Positions 38,121-50,800 of a stretch of DNA of 64,000 bases are shown here, piece by piece. Within the stretch, counting starts at the first letter, position 1. Every line of letters starts with the position of its first letter. The position numbers and the translations under genes are program-made. The stretch is from Lama guanicoe (taxonomy: Eukaryota): assembly GCA_013239625.1 (NCBI GenBank), contig MU056050.1:552504-616503 (forward strand), in the 5' to 3' direction. The notes under the pieces were generated by a model, which saw nothing but the letters and a program-made list of their open reading frames with translations, made no database searches and was not told where the DNA came from.

Positions 38121-38345
38121 TGACTAAGATTTATTGAATGGCTTGCCATCTGCTAGGCATTATGTGAAGCTTTGTACGTATACTTCTTGTAACTTTCTCC
38201 ACAGCCTGTAAGAGGTAGGCACTATGGTTGCTTCTATTTTAGAGAAAGGAAACAGGCTGAAAGGATCAGGTCTGTATCTGGGCAGTAAGACACTTTTTTG
38301 ATTGTTTACTTGAGATCTACTTGTGGGCATCAATTTGCACCAAGC

Positions 38346-38535
38346 TAGTGATTCCCAAGTGTTGGTAAGCATCAAAATCAGCTGGGGTTGCTTAATAACA
38401 TGTAGGTTCCTGGGCACCAACCTCTAGATTCTGATTTAACAGATCTGCAGTGGAACCAAGAGATACGTAGGTTTAATATTCACCTCCAAGTGATTCTGAT
38501 GTAGGTGGATCTGGGATCACACTTTGAACAATCCC
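38346..38535. mobile_element. MER5A/B hAT MITE, next to a MIR fragment (38125-38250, minus)
   Basis: tagtgattcccaagtg...catcaaaatcagctggggttgcttaataacatgtaggttcctgggc...ccaagtgattctgatgtaggtgg...atcacactttgaa. Confidence 0.8.
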
Positions 38536-39625
38536 CACACTATTGCCTTTTTCCCTGGAGAATGTTAGACCACTGATGTCTCCATTTTAAGCACAGGCAC
38601 CTAAGGGCAGGGCAAAGCTCTAACTACTCATTACAAGAATTAGCCTTATTACTTTGGGACTCTGTTTCACTTAGATAACCAGTCCCGGACATAAACAACA
38701 AAAGCCATTCTTCAAAAAAGCGTAGAGTGAACCAGAGGCCTTTAGTTTCTCGCCTGAAGTCTTCCAGCTCCTAGAGCTCGTTAGTTCCAGGGCTGGGCAC
38801 TGACAGTGTCTTGTGGGTCCTCTGAGAGAGCGTTTATTTCTGTTTCCTGAGTGGCTAGGAACAATAGGTAGGGGCAGAGAATTTGTATTCAAAGCTCTCC
38901 ACTTCCTTATGCCTAAAACTTAGATGGGTGGTTAGGAGACTGATGGAGCCTTTTGAAGTTGGGAGTGAAAGCCCTGTTAAATCACAGCAGCCTGATCTCT
39001 TTGGTTTACATAATACTCCTGTATTCTTACCTCTTTATTCTGAAGTGATAGCAATTTGAGAAATTGGTTGAGGCTGTCCTGTTTTACAATGGTATAGCTC
39101 AACCTCTTTGCTCTTTTAGGGCCACATTCAAGATTATGTTAATAGTACAATCTTGAGGAAAGGAAAAGATCATCTCTTTGCTCAAATGCTTTGGTCTAGA
39201 GTGTGGGTAAAGGATTAAATACTGTATGACACTGATGTATTGTTTTTTATGTGTTCCTTCACCTTTGTACTCAGCATTGAAAATTCTGACAAGAGTGTTT
39301 TCCTCCTGTGATCCTTTTAATAGTTCTTTTGTTTCAGAATAATATCTTCCTCCTGCTACTGTGATTATATCTCTTCACACTTTCCAGTCATTTGTAAGTT
39401 CTCTATCCTTTTTAGACCAAAATGAATTCATAAGCTCTGCTCATATAATATCCATGTGACTTGAAGTAAAACATCCAAACAACCTCATATATTTTTGTGT
39501 GTTTCTCCTCCCCTTTGGAGTCAACGTATTTACTTTCCTTTGCTTTCTTTCTTAAACAGATTCTTTGTTGTAGACATACTCCATGTGCATTAAGAAGAAA
39601 GTATGGGCATTAAAAATAGAGTCAT

Positions 39626-39900
39626 TACAAATTTCCAGTTATAGAATAAATAAGTCCTGGGGATGTAAGGTACAGCATGGTGGCTATAGTTAATCGTACT
39701 GTATTGTGTATTTGAAAGTTGCTAAGAGAGTAGATCTTAAAAGTCCTCATCACAAGAAAAAAATTTTTTGTAACTCTGTATAGTGATGGATATTAACTAG
39801 ACTTATCATGGTCATCATTTTGCACTATGTAAAATATTGAATCATGTTGTATACCTGAAACTAATATAATGATATATGTCAATTTTACCTCAATAAATAA
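39626..39900 (+). mobile_element. L1 (L1MA9-like) 3' end
   Basis: tacaaatttccagttatagaataaataagtcctggggatgtaaggtacagcatggtg...gttgctaagagagtagatcttaaaag...cctcaataaa. Confidence 0.9.
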
Positions 39901-40418
39901 ATTATGGAGTTGTGAAGCTGATAGGACCTAAAGATATCCTCTGACACAGCCCCTGCATTCCGGCAGGTAAATCTTTAATCTACTCACATAAGTAGTTATC
40001 TCATCTCTTTAAGACTATTTTGATCATTTGGTCATGTTTCGTCTTCACAGTCAAGATGTCCTTCCTCATGAACCATGAGTTTTCTTACAGGAAGCGAATT
40101 TGTGGTGGCCTTTCCCTTTATCCTCCCAGACAATGATGTATGTATGACTATTGTATGCCTTGACATTAAATTTTGAAATTACTCTGAGCTTCCCATGCAC
40201 TATGAGCTGTGGACACCTCAGCAGTCTCTCAGGTTTCTATTCTTTTGGTTCCTGACCTTCATCTTTTACTTCTATTTCCAGTCCTGTTTCTGCCCTTGGA
40301 GCCCTTGGGGCATGTTTCAGACATGTGCGAGTCCACATACCAAAGTCTAGGAGCCCTTGTTACAGCTTCAGGTCTTGTATGGGATGAATAAGATCATGAA
40401 TATCATCATCACCAACAT

Positions 40419-40421
<3 letters not shown>

Positions 40422-40469
<48 letters not shown>

Positions 40470-41308
40470 TATTGAGGTATAGTTAGTTTACAATGTTGTG
40501 TCAATTTCTGGTGTACAGCACAATTCTTCATTCACACATGAATATATATGTATTCGTCTTCATATTCTTTTTCACCATGAGATATTGAATATATTTCCCT
40601 GTGCTATACAGTATAAACTTGTTTATCTATTTTATATATACCTGTCAGTATCTGCAAATCTCAAATTCCCAGTTTATTCCTTCCTACCCACCTCCCCCTG
40701 GCAACCACAAGTCTAGTATTTCAATGTCTGTGAGTCTGTTTCTGTTTTAAATATAAGTTCATTTGTCTTCTTTTTATTTATTTATTTTTTTAGATTCCAC
40801 TTGTGAGTGATATCATATGGCATTTTTCTTTCTCTTTCTGGCTTACTTCACTTAGAATGACAATCTCCAGGTCCATCCATGTTGCTGTAAATGACGTTAT
40901 GTTGTCATTTTTATGGCTGTGTAATATTCCATTGTATAAATATACCTCATCTTCTTTATCCAGTCATCTGTTGATGGTCATTTAGGTTGTTTCCATGTCT
41001 TGGATATTGTAAATAGTGCTGCTATGAACTTTGGGGTGCAGGTGTCTTTTTGAATTAAGGTTCCCTCTGGATATATGCCCAGGAGTGGGATTGCTGGGTC
41101 ATATGCTAAGTTTATTTTTCATCTTTTGAGGAATCTCCATACTGTTTTCCACAGTGGCTGCACCAAACTGCATTCCCACCAGCAGTGTAGGAGGGTTCCC
41201 TTTTCTCCACAGCCTCTCCAGCATTTATCATTTGTGGACTTTTGAATGATGGCCATTCTGGCTGGTATGAGGTGATACCTCATTGTAGTTTTGATTTGCA
41301 TTTCTCTG
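40422..41308 (-). mobile_element. Young camelid L1, 5'-truncated, (TAAA)n tail, perfect 17-bp TSD
   Basis: TSD atcatcaccaacattta at 40405-40421 and 41309-41325; ORF 41119-41322(-) [46 protein letters not shown]; (TTTA)n at ~40418-40470. Confidence 0.97.
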
Positions 41309-41368
41309 ATCATCACCAACATTTAGTGAGCACTTATTATGTGTCAGGCACTGTTCCAGGGCCTTTAT

Positions 41369-43202
41369 TTATTTTAATTTTTTTAAATTGAAGTATAGTT
41401 GATGTACAATATTATATTAATTTTCAGGTATACAACATAGTGACTTGACATTTGTGGACATTATGAATTGACACCACAATAGTAACCATCTGTCACCATA
41501 CAAACTTACTGCAATATTATTGACTGTATTCCTGCTGCTATACACTACATCCTTATGACATTTATTTTATAACTGGAAGTTTGTACTCTTGATCTAGTTC
41601 ACCTGTTTCACCCAAACCCTCCCCGCACCCCAGCGACTACCAGTTTGCTCTCTGTATCTATGAGTCTGTTTCTGTTTTTCGTTTGTTCTGTTTTTTTAGA
41701 TTCCATATGTAAGTGAAATCATTTCATATTTGTCTTTCTCTGTCTGTTTTATTTCATTTAGCATAATTTCCTCTAGGTCTATCCATGTTGTTGCAAATGG
41801 CAAGATTTCATTCTTCTTTATGGCTGAGTAATATTTATTGGTATATATGTACATATACACATACACATATATACCACATCTTTATCCATTCATCTATTTT
41901 TAATAAACTTATTTATTTTTAAACTTTTTAAAATTAAAAAAATGTTTAACTTAAAATTTAAATTTTAAATTTTTTATTTTTATACAATTTTAAAGGTACC
42001 TTTCCATTTACAGTTATTACAAGATTATTGGCTCTATTCCCTCTGTTGTACATGTTGAGCTTATCTTATATCCAATAGTTTGTACCTCCCACTCCTCCAC
42101 TCCTATATTGCTCCTTCTCCCTGACTCATAACTACTAGTTTGTTCTCTATATCTATGAGTTGGCTTCTTTTTTGTTACATTCCCTAGTTTGTTGTATTTT
42201 TTTAGATCCCACAAATAAGTGATGTCTACAATATTTATCTTTCTCTGTCTGACTTATTTCACTTAGCATAATGCCTTTCAAGTCCATCCATGTTGTGGCA
42301 AATGGCAAAATTTCATTATTTTTATGGCTAAGTAGTATTCCATTATATCTGTCTATCTACCTATCTATCACATTTTCTTTATCCATTCATCTATTGATGG
42401 ACACTTAGCTTGTTTCCATATCTTGGCTATTGTAAATAATGCTGCAATGAACATAAGGGTTGTATATATTTTTTCAAATTAATGCTTTCATATTCTTTAG
42501 ACAAATACCCAGAAGTGGAATAGCTGAAGCATATGGTAATTCTATTCTTAAATTTTTGAGGAATTGCCATACTGTTTTTTATAGTAACTGCCTCAATTTA
42601 TATTCCCGCCAACAGCATGTGAGGGTTCCCTTTTCTCTACATCCTTGCCAACACTTGTTGTTTCTTGTCTTTTTGAAGATAGCCATTCTGACAGGTGTGA
42701 GGTGATATCTCACTGTGGTTTTGATTTGCATTTCTCTGACGATTAGCGATGCTGAGCATCTTCTCATTTATGTTGACCAATGGAATGTCTTCTTTGGAAA
42801 AATGTCTATTCAGATCTTCTGCCTATTTTTAAATTGGATTGTTTCTTCTTTTCCTATATTCCTTTATATATTTTGGATATCAACTCCTTATTGGATATAT
42901 CATTTGCAAGCATCTCCTCTCATTCAGTAGGTTGTCTTTTCATTTTGTTGATGGTTTCCTTCACCGTGCAAAATCTTTTTAGTTTGATATAGTCCCATTT
43001 GTTTATTTTGCATGTATAGTCCTTGTCTGAGGAGACAAATCCAAAAAAACATTGCTAAGACCGATTTCAAAGTGCTTACTACGTATGTTTTCTTCTAGGA
43101 GTTTTATGGTTTTAAGTCTTATATTTAAGCCTTTAATCAATTTTGAGTTTATTTTTGTATATGGTGTGGGTGGTCCGGTTTCATTCTTTTGCATGTAGCT
43201 GA
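41369..43202 (-). mobile_element. Composite L1: two different 3' UTRs in tandem plus the ORF2 C-terminus
   Basis: Outer TSD cagggcctttat (41357-41368)/caggacctttat (43203-43214); ORFs 42579-42767(-) and 43003-43194(-) are ORF2p pieces; second A-rich tail at ~41899-41985. Confidence 0.93.
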
Positions 43203-43209
43203 CAGGACC

Positions 43210-43410
43210 TTTATGTTTAATCGCATTTACTCCCTACAAAAACTGTGTGATAAAGGTACTGCTGTTATCCCACTTTATAGAAGAAGTAGAGACTTTGAAA
43301 GACCAAGGAATCGTGGAATTTCACACAGTCAGTAAGGGTTAGAGCAAGAATTTGAACTTAGGTCTTATGCTTGAGTCTTTGCTTTTAGTCACTATGCTCT
43401 ACTGTCTCCC
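43210..43410 (-). mobile_element. MIR SINE, continuation of the piece at 41319-41368
   Basis: aggtactgctgttatcccactttatagaagaag...cacacagtcagtaagggttagagcaagaatttgaacttaggtct. Confidence 0.75.
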
Positions 43411-43944
43411 TAGAAAGCCTTGGATAGAAGGTATAACTTATTTCATCCCAAAGATAGAGACACACAGACAGGAGATAGAATTAAATATGACTTTCTATTT
43501 ATTAACATGGGCAAAAGGTGAACCAGAATGTTTGAGTTTGGCATAAATCGTTAGATTTTCTTTTGGTATCTCTTTGGAATCAATTTTCATTGGACTTTCG
43601 TGACTAGGATCTTTGACTAAAAGCTTCATAAGACCCTATGCAATTTGCAACCGTATATGAAAGAAGAGAGTACGATGGTGCTTAGGTGTGGTAATATAGG
43701 TTTTTTAGGGTTCATGCAAAGTGTCCCAGTTGTCTACTAAAGGGATTTTTGAGGTGTGTCTGATAAGTTTTCAGAGATATGGCTCCAATGACTTTACTTT
43801 TGTGTTAAGGCAGAGGTTCTCTCCTTGTTTGCATTTTGTCCAAATTCTCAAATTTCCCCTCTCCTGACCCTATCTTAATAGAGCTACTACTTTGTAGTCT
43901 CTGTAAGACTCTTGAATCCACAAACTGAAAGGCACTTTGAGATC

Positions 43945-45905
43945 AACATTCACAAAGACAAGCCGTATGCTGGGCCATAAAAACACATCTTGACAAATTT
44001 CAATAATTTAAATTACACAAAGTATACTATCTGCCTATAATGAAATTAAACTAGAAATCAGTAACAGAAAGATAACAGGAAAATCTCCAATCACTCAGAA
44101 ATAAATAACATATTCCTAAATAATCCATAGGTCAAAGCAGAAGTATCAGGGAGATTTAGAAAATATTTTCAACTGAATCAAAATGAAAATAGAACACATT
44201 AAAATGTGTGGCATGTATCTAAAGCAGGGCTTAGATGGAAATTTAGAGCACTAAATGCTTAAAATAGAAAAGAGAAAATATTTCAAATCAATAATCTAAG
44301 CTTTAAGAAACTTGAAAAAGAAGAGCAAATTAAACCCAAAGAAAACAGAGGGAGGAATAGGGTGCACAAACTGATATAACTGAAAACAGAAAATCAATAG
44401 AGAAAAATTAATAAAACCCAACTCTAGTTCTTTTAAGATTCATAAAATTGATTAACCTCTAGCATGACTGACCAAGAAAACCAGAGAAGCACAAATGGCT
44501 AACATCAGGAATGAAAGAGGGGTTTCATTCTAGTCCCAAAGACAATAAAAGGGCAAAAGGGACATACTATAAATAAGTCTATGTACATACATTCAACGAT
44601 TTAGATGATGTGGACCAATTACTAAAAAATCACAAACTGCCAAATTCACCCAGGAAGAAATAGATAATCTGAATAGTTCTATGACTATTAAATAAATTAA
44701 ATCTGTAATTAAAAGTCTTTTGAAAAAGAAAACTCAAGATCTGGATGGTTTCACTGGGGATTCTATCAACCATTTAACAAAGAAACAACACCAATTCTAC
44801 ACAGTCTCTTTCAGAAAATAGAAGAAGATGGAATATTTCCCAACACACTTTATGAGGCCAGTATTATCCTGATATCCAAACCAGATATAGATAGTATAAG
44901 AAAAGAAAACTACTGACTAATAGTCCCTATGAACATAGATGTAAAAATCCTCAACAAAATGTTAGCAAATCAAATTCAGCAATTTAAAAAGAATAATACA
45001 GCACGTCCAAGTGGGGTTATTCCAGGAATGCAAGAGTGCAAGACTGGTTTAAGAGTAAAAAATTAATCAATATAATCCACCGTATCAACAGTCTAAAGAA
45101 GAGAATCCACATGAGTTTATCAATTGATACAAGTTTTAAAAAATAAAATCCAGCATCCATTCATGATTAAAAAAACGCTCAGCACACTCGGAATTGAGGG
45201 GACATCCTCAATCTGGTGAAACCTATAGCTAACATCATTCTTAATGGTAAAAGATTGAGTACTTTTCTCCTAAGATTGGGAACAAAGCATGGATTTCTAC
45301 TCTCACCACTCCCATTCATCACTGTATTGTACTGGAAGTTCTAGCCAATATAGTAAAGAAAGAAAAAGATAAAAAAGGCATTTGGTTAAAAAATGAGGCA
45401 ATAAAATTGTCCTTATTTGCAAACATGATTTTCTATCCCAACAAATCTGCAATAAAACTCTAGACTAGTAAGAGACTTTAGCAAGGTTATGGGATACAAG
45501 GTTGACACACAAAAATCAATTGTATATACCAGTATTAAATAATTAGAACCCCAAATTTATAAAATATAATACCATATACAATAGCTCCAAAGATATAATA
45601 ATTTTATATAAATCTAGTAAAACATGTATAGGGTTTATATGCTACAACCCACAAACTGCTGACTAAAGAAATCAAAGAAGACTAAATAAATGGAGAAATA
45701 TACCATTCTACCATTTTCATGTATTGAAAGGCTAAACATAGTTAAGTTGTCAATTCTACCCAAACCCAGCAGAATTTTTGTATATGTAGACAAGTTGAAT
45801 CTAAAATTATATAGAAAGTAAAGGAAATGGAATAACCAAACAATTTTGAAAACAGAATAAAGTTGGATAAACCACACTACTTAATCTTAAGATTTACTAT
45901 AAGAC
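43945..45905 (+). mobile_element. Old L1 ORF2 internal fragment (post-endonuclease through RT), degenerate
   Basis: aaactagaaatcagtaacagaaagataacaggaaaatctcc; gatggtttcactggggattctatcaacc; gatgtaaaaatcctcaacaaaatgttagcaaatc; many stops and frameshifts. Confidence 0.92.
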
Positions 45906-46522
45906 AATTCTCAGCAGAATGATTATGATGTGTCTTGGCATGGATTTCTTTGGTTTTATCTTATTTATGATTCGTCAAGCTTCTTGAATGTTTAGTTTAT
46001 ATCTTTTGCCAAATTTTGCCAAAGATTTCAGCCGTTATTTCTTTAGATGTTTATTCTACACCATACTGTACTATTGAATCCATCTAGTGGGTTTAAACCT
46101 TTTTTTACTTTTGTATTTTTCAATTTTAAAATTTCTATTTTGTTTTTTGTTGTATTTTCTATTTTCTGAGATGCTCTATACTTCTATTTATTTCAAGATT
46201 TGTCTTTTCTCATGCAAGTTGAGATTTTCCTAGCTCTTCTATGCTAAGTAATTTTGAATTCTATTTTGCACACTTTGAGTATTATGAGCCTCTGGGTCTT
46301 GTTTAAATCCATGGAGAAAGTTGATATTTCTGTTTTAGCAGACAATCTACTCAGTTGGGTTTGGGCTGCAAGTTCTGACCAGATTTCTGTGGATTTTGCT
46401 TTCAGTGTTAGATCCATTTTTAAAGTCTTTGCAATGCTGTTTGTATCTATCCAGTCCAGTGGCCAGTATGGGACTTGGGCAGTGGTCTATCGTGGAGTTC
46501 AGTTCTCAAAAATCTTTGGTAT
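45906..46522 (-). mobile_element. Old L1 ORF1/5'-region remnant in the opposite orientation
   Basis: attatgatgtgtcttggcatggatttctttggttttatc...gcttcttgaatg...atttcagccgttatttcttt is the reverse of the ORF1 region seen at 22520-22640. Confidence 0.65.
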
Positions 46523-46523
46523 A

Positions 46524-46882
46524 AAAGCAGAAATAGACTCACAACATAGAAAACAAACTTATGGTTACCAAAGGGGAAAGGGAGAGGAGGCATAAATTAG
46601 GACTTTGAGATTAACAGATATACAGTACTACATATAAACTAGATAAGCAATAAGGACCTACTGTATAGCATAGGAAACTATATTCAATATCTTGTAATAA
46701 TATATAATGGAAAAGAATCTGAAAAAGTATATATACATATATATATGTGTGTCTATGTGTATGTGTGTGTGTCTGTGTGTATGTATATATGTGTGTATAC
46801 ATATATATATAAAACTAAATCACTATGCTGTACACATGAAGCTAACACAACATTGTAAATCAACTATACTTTAATAAAAAAC
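46524..46882 (+). mobile_element. Artiodactyl-type L1 3' end with internal (TA/TG)n microsatellite
   Basis: gaaatagactcacaacatagaaaacaaacttatggttaccaaaggggaaaggg...aacacaacattgtaaatcaactatactttaataaaa; microsatellite ~46728-46810. Confidence 0.93.
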
Positions 46883-46936
46883 AACTTTGATATACACTTA
46901 TGGGTCAGATCCACACACAGCTTTGTAGTGAGCCAA

Positions 46937-47040
46937 GGTAATTAGGATTATTTATTTATTTTAATAGAGGTACTGGGGATTGAACCCAGGGCCTTGTGCA
47001 TGCTAAGCACTTGCTCTACCACTGAGCTATACTCTCCCCC
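46937..47040 (-). mobile_element. Camelid tRNA-Ala-derived SINE (vic-1 type)
   Basis: Reverse strand GAGTATAGCTCAGTGGTAGAGCAAGTGCTTAGCATGCACAAGGCCCTGGGTTCAATCCCCAGTACCTCTA followed by (TAAA)n and CCTAATTACCT. Confidence 0.93.
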
Positions 47041-48179
47041 TGTTGTTCTTGTTTAAGGAGGAAACTGAGGCTCCATTGTCTCAGTTGTATTGAGGTCCAA
47101 GACATAGAATAAAATTCAAAGTCTGAGTTAGAATTTAGGTTTCTTGACTCTTGTGTTTCCTTCATGGATCCATTTCTGATTCTTATGGTGAGGTCAAGTT
47201 TTATTACCATAACCAAATACAATAGCTGGTCATAACCAGGGTATAAAAATAGTTTTATGGACCCTTGTCCTATATATATTATTATTCCTAATTTGTTTAA
47301 TAAACACAAGTCAAATTACCTCTATGATCTTTTCTATTGACCTTGTAAATAATTAATTATTTCTGTGTGTAGACAAAACTAAAGAGTATAAATGGAGTGA
47401 GCTTGCCTGGCATTGCTGAAAGAGCATTTAAGGTTTGTGATCCTGGGTGAATTAGTTAATCTCTCTGGGTCTTAGGCTGCCGTCTGCATGATGAGGATTT
47501 AGGACCAGAAGATATTTAGGGTTTAGTCTAGGCTTGAAATTTTGTGCTTCTGTGATTTGTGCTGCCTTGGGATTTTCCTCTAAACTTTTAAATTCTTCTC
47601 CCTTGCTGCATCATCCTTCCCTTCCATTAAATCTTGAGTGTGTGTGTGTGTGGTTGTAGGGTGTGTAGAGAATGAGGGAATAATTTAATGAATGAATAGT
47701 AATTTAATGGAATTACTATTGCTTACTTATGTATGTCACAATTTAACTGGAAAACCTCTAAGAATTCTGAATGACTCTTTTATTGAGAAGGCTATTTCCT
47801 GGAGGACAGATGTGGTAATAGTGAACAAATATTAGAGAAACAGTAATTTATGATCCATCTCTCCAAAACAAAGCGAAACCACATATAACCCTGATCATGC
47901 TTAGTATCCTGCTTAGTGATTCTGGATGGATAAGTAGGAATTATTTGTATTCTTTTTTCCCTTCTAATTTTCTTCTCTTACCAATGGAGAGAGGTTGGCT
48001 TTTTCCTTAACATTTTCAGGATTTGAAAGTACTGTGTCTGAAAAGATCAGGTATTTATAAAAACCAGCACCTATAGGAAATCGCTTGAAAGAGATAATTC
48101 TGGTTTATTTACACCTGGGGAGCAAGGTAATAGAGTGAGATCATGCATTGTAAATGTGTGTACTTTTTTGTAGTTTAAA

Positions 48180-49085
48180 CATCTTTTTATTTTAGAATAG
48201 TTTTAGATTTACAGAAAAATTACAAAGATAGTATGAAGTGTTCCTATATGCTCCACGCCTAGTTTCCCCTTTCCCATTCATTAGTATGGCACATTGATAA
48301 CAATTTATTAACCAATCTTATTGTCACCTAAAGTTTATACTGTATTCAGATATCCTTAGTTTTTACCTAATAACTTTATCTATTCCAGGATCCCATTCAG
48401 GACACCACACTATACTTAGTTACCATATCTCCTTGGCTCCTTACGGCCTGAAAGTTTCTCAGACTTTCCTTGCTTTTGATGGCGTTGTAGGGGAGGAAAA
48501 ATAATTTTCCTTCTACCCTTCTGGGTTCTTGGCTGAAATCCCTCCCTCCCCATAATAAAGGACAGATTAACAGGAGAAAAACAATGTATACCTCCTGTAT
48601 ATGTGTGTATATACCCAAGAAAATGGAGTAACTCCCTGAAATGCCCCAAGCCACCACTTTAAGTACCATCTCAAGCTAAAGACAAAAGATGTTGCTGGTG
48701 GAGGGGGACAAGGCCAGTTATGGGAAGTTTTCATGCAAAGCATAGTAAGCAAGAGCTTGTTGGTTGTCATGAAGATTTAAGGCACTGCCTTCTCCACTGA
48801 TGAGTTTCCAGAGATTTAGTCATCCTCCTCTTCCTGATACAGAGAGGGAGACACTTTTATAAATGGAGATTTCACTTATAAATGTAAATTTTTCTTACAA
48901 AAGGGTAACTCCTACTTGGTTTTCAGAGCTTCTCCTATGTCTGATTTTTCTTAAAAATAACCAGCTTAAGAAAATCCTTATGCCAAAGAGGCATATTTTA
49001 AAGTGGCAAATTCTACTTCCTTTCAACTTGACAGTTTTAAGGAGTAAAGTCCAATATTTTATAAAATCTCCCTCAAATTTTAGTT
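48180..49085 (-). mobile_element. Old L1 (L1MC-type) 3' UTR split by the LTR at 48486-49025
   Basis: ttttagaatagttttagatttacagaaaaattacaaagatagta...tttctcagactttccttgcttttgatg | ttgacagttttaaggagta. Confidence 0.8.
48486..49025 (-). mobile_element. ERV1 solo LTR, MER34/MER39-like
   Basis: TG...CA termini, 540 bp; reverse strand starts tgaaaggaagtagaatttgccactttaaaatatgcctctttggcataaggatt, like the MER34 5' end. Confidence 0.85.
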
Positions 49086-49504
49086 TTTCTTTTAATGGCT
49101 AATTCAGTTTTAGGGGATGATTCTGTGTTAATCAAATGTGGGATGAAGCTGCCATCCTCTTGTGGCCTAGTTGATCTGCTTTTGTTCCAGGGACAGACTG
49201 TCCTTTATTGCAAATGTGTATGTTAGCTAAGGTGGGTGGTGTTGCAAGGAGGTGGGGAATGTGGGCCCCCTTGCAAAATAAGTGACATAGTTATTTTAGA
49301 GCAGACTTCCCCATTTGAACAGGGTCAAGTCTAGTCTTTCTGATGGTGGCTCTGTAGTAACCTCTGGAGGTGTGATTCTGCTACATGGAAATACCATTTT
49401 AGAGTCTTTAACAAAAAATATTTGAAATAGTTTGCTTGCTGCAAATTCATTGGGAAATACTGTACAAGAAGATTCTAGCATGTAACCTGGGGAGTCAGCC
49501 TTAA

Positions 49505-50800
49505 CATTCTTCCCCCTTTATCACCTGCTATGTCTAATCCATCATCAAGTACTATCAATTTTACCCCCCACCCCAGTATCTTTCTAAGTTATTCATTCTC
49601 ACTGCTTTCTCCATTACCATCTCAGTCCAAGCTATCTTTACATCTCATATGGAATAACATAATAGTTTCCTAACTCGCCTCCCTACTTCCATTTTGGCCC
49701 CCTTCCAATATATTCTTTACATTGAAGTCATTAATTAATTAAATCAAAATATATTTATCAAGTACCCACTGTGTGCCAGGCACTGTTTTGGTGATATAGC
49801 AGTGAATGAAACAGAGCCCCTGCCATCACAGAGTTACATTCTATTGGGAGAGATGGGCAATAAGCAAATATTTAATAAAATGTTAGGTAGTGATCATGCC
49901 ATGAAGAAAAATTAAACAGGCAAGAGTGTCAGGGGGTGCAATTTTAGATGGACTTGACAGAGACAGCTTCCCTGAGTAGATAGTGTTTGAGCAGAGACCT
50001 GAACCAGGAGAGCAGGTGGTCCATAGGAGTGGCTGGGGAAAGAACATTCCAGGTAGAATAAACAGCAAGTCCTCTCTGGACTCTCTGGTGGGAACAAGTT
50101 TGTCATTTTCTAGGAATAGCAAGGAGGCCAGTGTGATTGGAGCAGAGGTAACAAAGGGAGAATACGAGAAGTAACCAGGGGCCAGAGATTTGCAGATCAT
50201 GGTGCAAGATCATGGGTTTCTCCCCCAAGTAGTTGAAGCCTTTGGAAGATCTTAAGCAGAGGAGTGGCATGACTGTGATTTTGCATAATACTAATCATAT
50301 GACCTCTCTCCTACTCAAAAGCTTTCAAAAGTTTCCCACGGATTTTGGGATAAAGACCAAATTACTCACTGTGATCTACAAGGCCCTGTATGGTCATGCT
50401 CCATCTGGCTCTTCAGCCTCATATTGTATTGTGCCTTCAAGTCTTTATACAGATCAATCTTTGTCTTGCCAAAGGGTCTTTGAACATGCTATTTCCTCTG
50501 CCTGGAATGCTCTTCCCTCACCTTTTTGTTTTATTAATACCTATTCATCTCTCAGATCTCATTTTTTTGTTTGTTTTCACTGACTGGGTAAAAATCCTCC
50601 TATTATGGATGTTTACAGCACTATATCCGTCTCTATCATAGTATTTGTCATAAGTGCAGTTCTGTATTTGTGTACGTATTTGAATGATGTAATTTTGTCA
50701 TATAAAATTGGACGTTCCATCATCATTATATCCACAACAGCCAGAGCCTTTAGTATCTTTACATAAGACACAAAATCAATATTTATTGAATGAATAAATA
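49505..50800. mobile_element. Nested L2 elements: + strand L2 (49505-49735 and 50285-50800) interrupted by a - strand L2 (49740-50280)
   Basis: Outer ctaatccatcatcaagtactatcaattttacc...|...taatcatatgacctctctcctactcaaaagctttcaa...tttattgaatgaataa; inner tttatcaagtacccactgtgtgccaggcactg. Confidence 0.8.

Noticed and set aside
46965..47040. Possible functional tRNA-Ala(AGC) gene (also 36144-36219)
   Set aside because: D, anticodon and T arms are largely kept, but the acceptor stem has A-C mismatches and the sequence continues into the SINE tail; these are SINE heads
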